Assembly: GCA_011109175.1 (NCBI GenBank)
Contig: RDEW01000013.1
Span: 972,181 to 1,036,180, forward strand
Source: Dicyema japonicum
Taxonomy: Eukaryota; Animalia; Dicyemida
Length of the DNA stretch: 64,000 nt
Direction: 5' to 3'
Below, piece after piece: positions 63,060-64,000 of this stretch. How positions within the stretch are numbered: position 1 is the stretch's first letter; the number at the start of each line of letters is the position of its first letter. A program made the position numbers and the translations under genes. A model generated the notes under the pieces. The model saw nothing but the letters and a program-made list of their open reading frames with translations. It did not search any database and was not told the origin of the DNA.

Positions 63060-63384
63060 AATAATAAAGCCTTTTCACGAGAGCCATAGTATTTTATAGC
63101 TCCGCATAGGCAGGACAAACACTTTATTTAAGTAAAGAACAGTTAATTTTAACTAATCGTAGAACCAAGGAATGATCTTCACTTCTTTTTTTTTCTTTTC
63201 TTGTGTGAGTGTCCTTTCTAGACAAATCCAGTTCCGCAGTGAGTATTCACTGATGACGGCGTCACTCGTCAAACCATTTCTGCATCGTAGATGCGTGGAA
63301 CCTTCCACCAGGTGAACAGCAGCGAGATTCGAACCCGTAGCCTAAGCCACTTAAGGCCGACACATAACCACTAAGCCACCCAGC
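63060..63384 (-). mobile_element. tRNA-derived SINE, best-preserved copy
   Basis: A-box TGGCTTAGTGG, B-box GGTTCGAATC, structured body, (ATT)n-like tail. Confidence 0.88.
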
Positions 63385-63387
63385 TTT

Positions 63388-63452
63388 CGTCAAGAGCATA
63401 CAATTTTGCGTCGAGAGCATACAATGAGGTCGTCAAGAGCATACAATTTTGC
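63388..63452. repeat. Short tandem repeat, 3 x 21-22 bp
   Basis: CGTC(A/G)AGAGCATACAAT starts at 63388, 63409 and 63431. Confidence 0.9.
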
Positions 63453-64000
63453 AATAGGATGAATTCAAAAAACCCAGAAAGTTGAGAACATATCAGTAGA
63501 TAATGATTGGTGTCCATAAAGGTCACTATTATTGTCGAGTACAATAAGCCGGACATTTAATAATAATAATAATAATAATAAGCCACCAAGGAGAGATTGT
63601 CTTTCGAAATTATGTCGACTTCGTTAGCATATATTGCTTTTTCCATCTTTCCTTAGCATAAAGTTCATATTTCACTCATAGCTGTTTACAAATATATTGC
63701 GAGCACTAGAGGGGAAAAAGTATCCTAGATTAGTGGAGAGAGTCTTCAGAATTTGTTCTGAATTTTCTTGAGTATGTTTTGTTGACTCTCACATCAAGCT
63801 CAGTATTGGATTGTAATTTCTAGTGATTCCTATGTTCAAGTACCCCGGTTAGTTAATGACTGTTAATTGTGTCAAAGGCGTTGGATAAGTTCATTAATGG
63901 GTTTATCTGTGGAATATGTTTATGATATTTTTTTAATCTTAACTTCAATGGCTCAGTGACCTTCACTTAGGTTAGGGGTTGCACTCACCAGGTTACAGTT

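Noticed and set aside
61455-63147. SNAPC1 flanked by ~90 bp inverted repeats, suggesting a gene-capturing (Pack-MULE-like) transposon
   Set aside because: The repeat is the 3' tail of the dispersed SINE (also at ~10490 and ~31400). The right arm continues into a full SINE and I saw no TSD, so these are two SINE copies in opposite orientation.
63248-63275. Hammerhead ribozyme from CTGATGA in the SINE antisense strand (also 24262, 25245, 31587)
   Set aside because: No GAAA follows stem II in any copy and there is no NUH site next to a stem I; the motif arises from adjacent hairpins.

Overview
AT-rich eukaryotic genomic DNA. Compact host genes sit among dense, mostly decayed mobile elements. 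Host genes recognised by manual translation and splicing: DNA polymerase epsilon catalytic subunit (POLE, 49215-56328, -), a KIF7/KIF27-like kinesin-4 (57497-59962, -), SNAPC1 (61854-62705, +), a ZYG11/ZER1-like LRR+ARM gene (about 13709-15950, -), a chromo-shadow-only HP1-like gene (16102-16302, +) and two paralogous secreted ML-domain/NPC2-like genes (22956-23475 and 30380-30889, -). All are split by extremely short GT-AG introns (18-28 nt where I could place them), which suggests a reduced parasite-type genome such as a dicyemid or myxozoan (inference only; the organism cannot be identified here). Mobile DNA includes several RTE-clade LINEs, many CRE-like restriction-endonuclease LINE fragments, a near-intact Ingi/Vingi-like LINE with a 2A (StopGo) peptide, a tRNA-derived SINE family, a hAT MITE with its TSD, and MULE and Merlin remnants. 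The most unusual signal is an HDV-ribozyme-shaped pseudoknot with compensatory base changes in two diverged copies and a similar fold at the 5' end of the Vingi element, but with a non-canonical core. Recurrent single-base losses in homopolymers inside conserved genes point to long-read consensus errors, so frameshifts here are weak evidence of pseudogenisation. All alignments and folds were done by eye; no searches were run.
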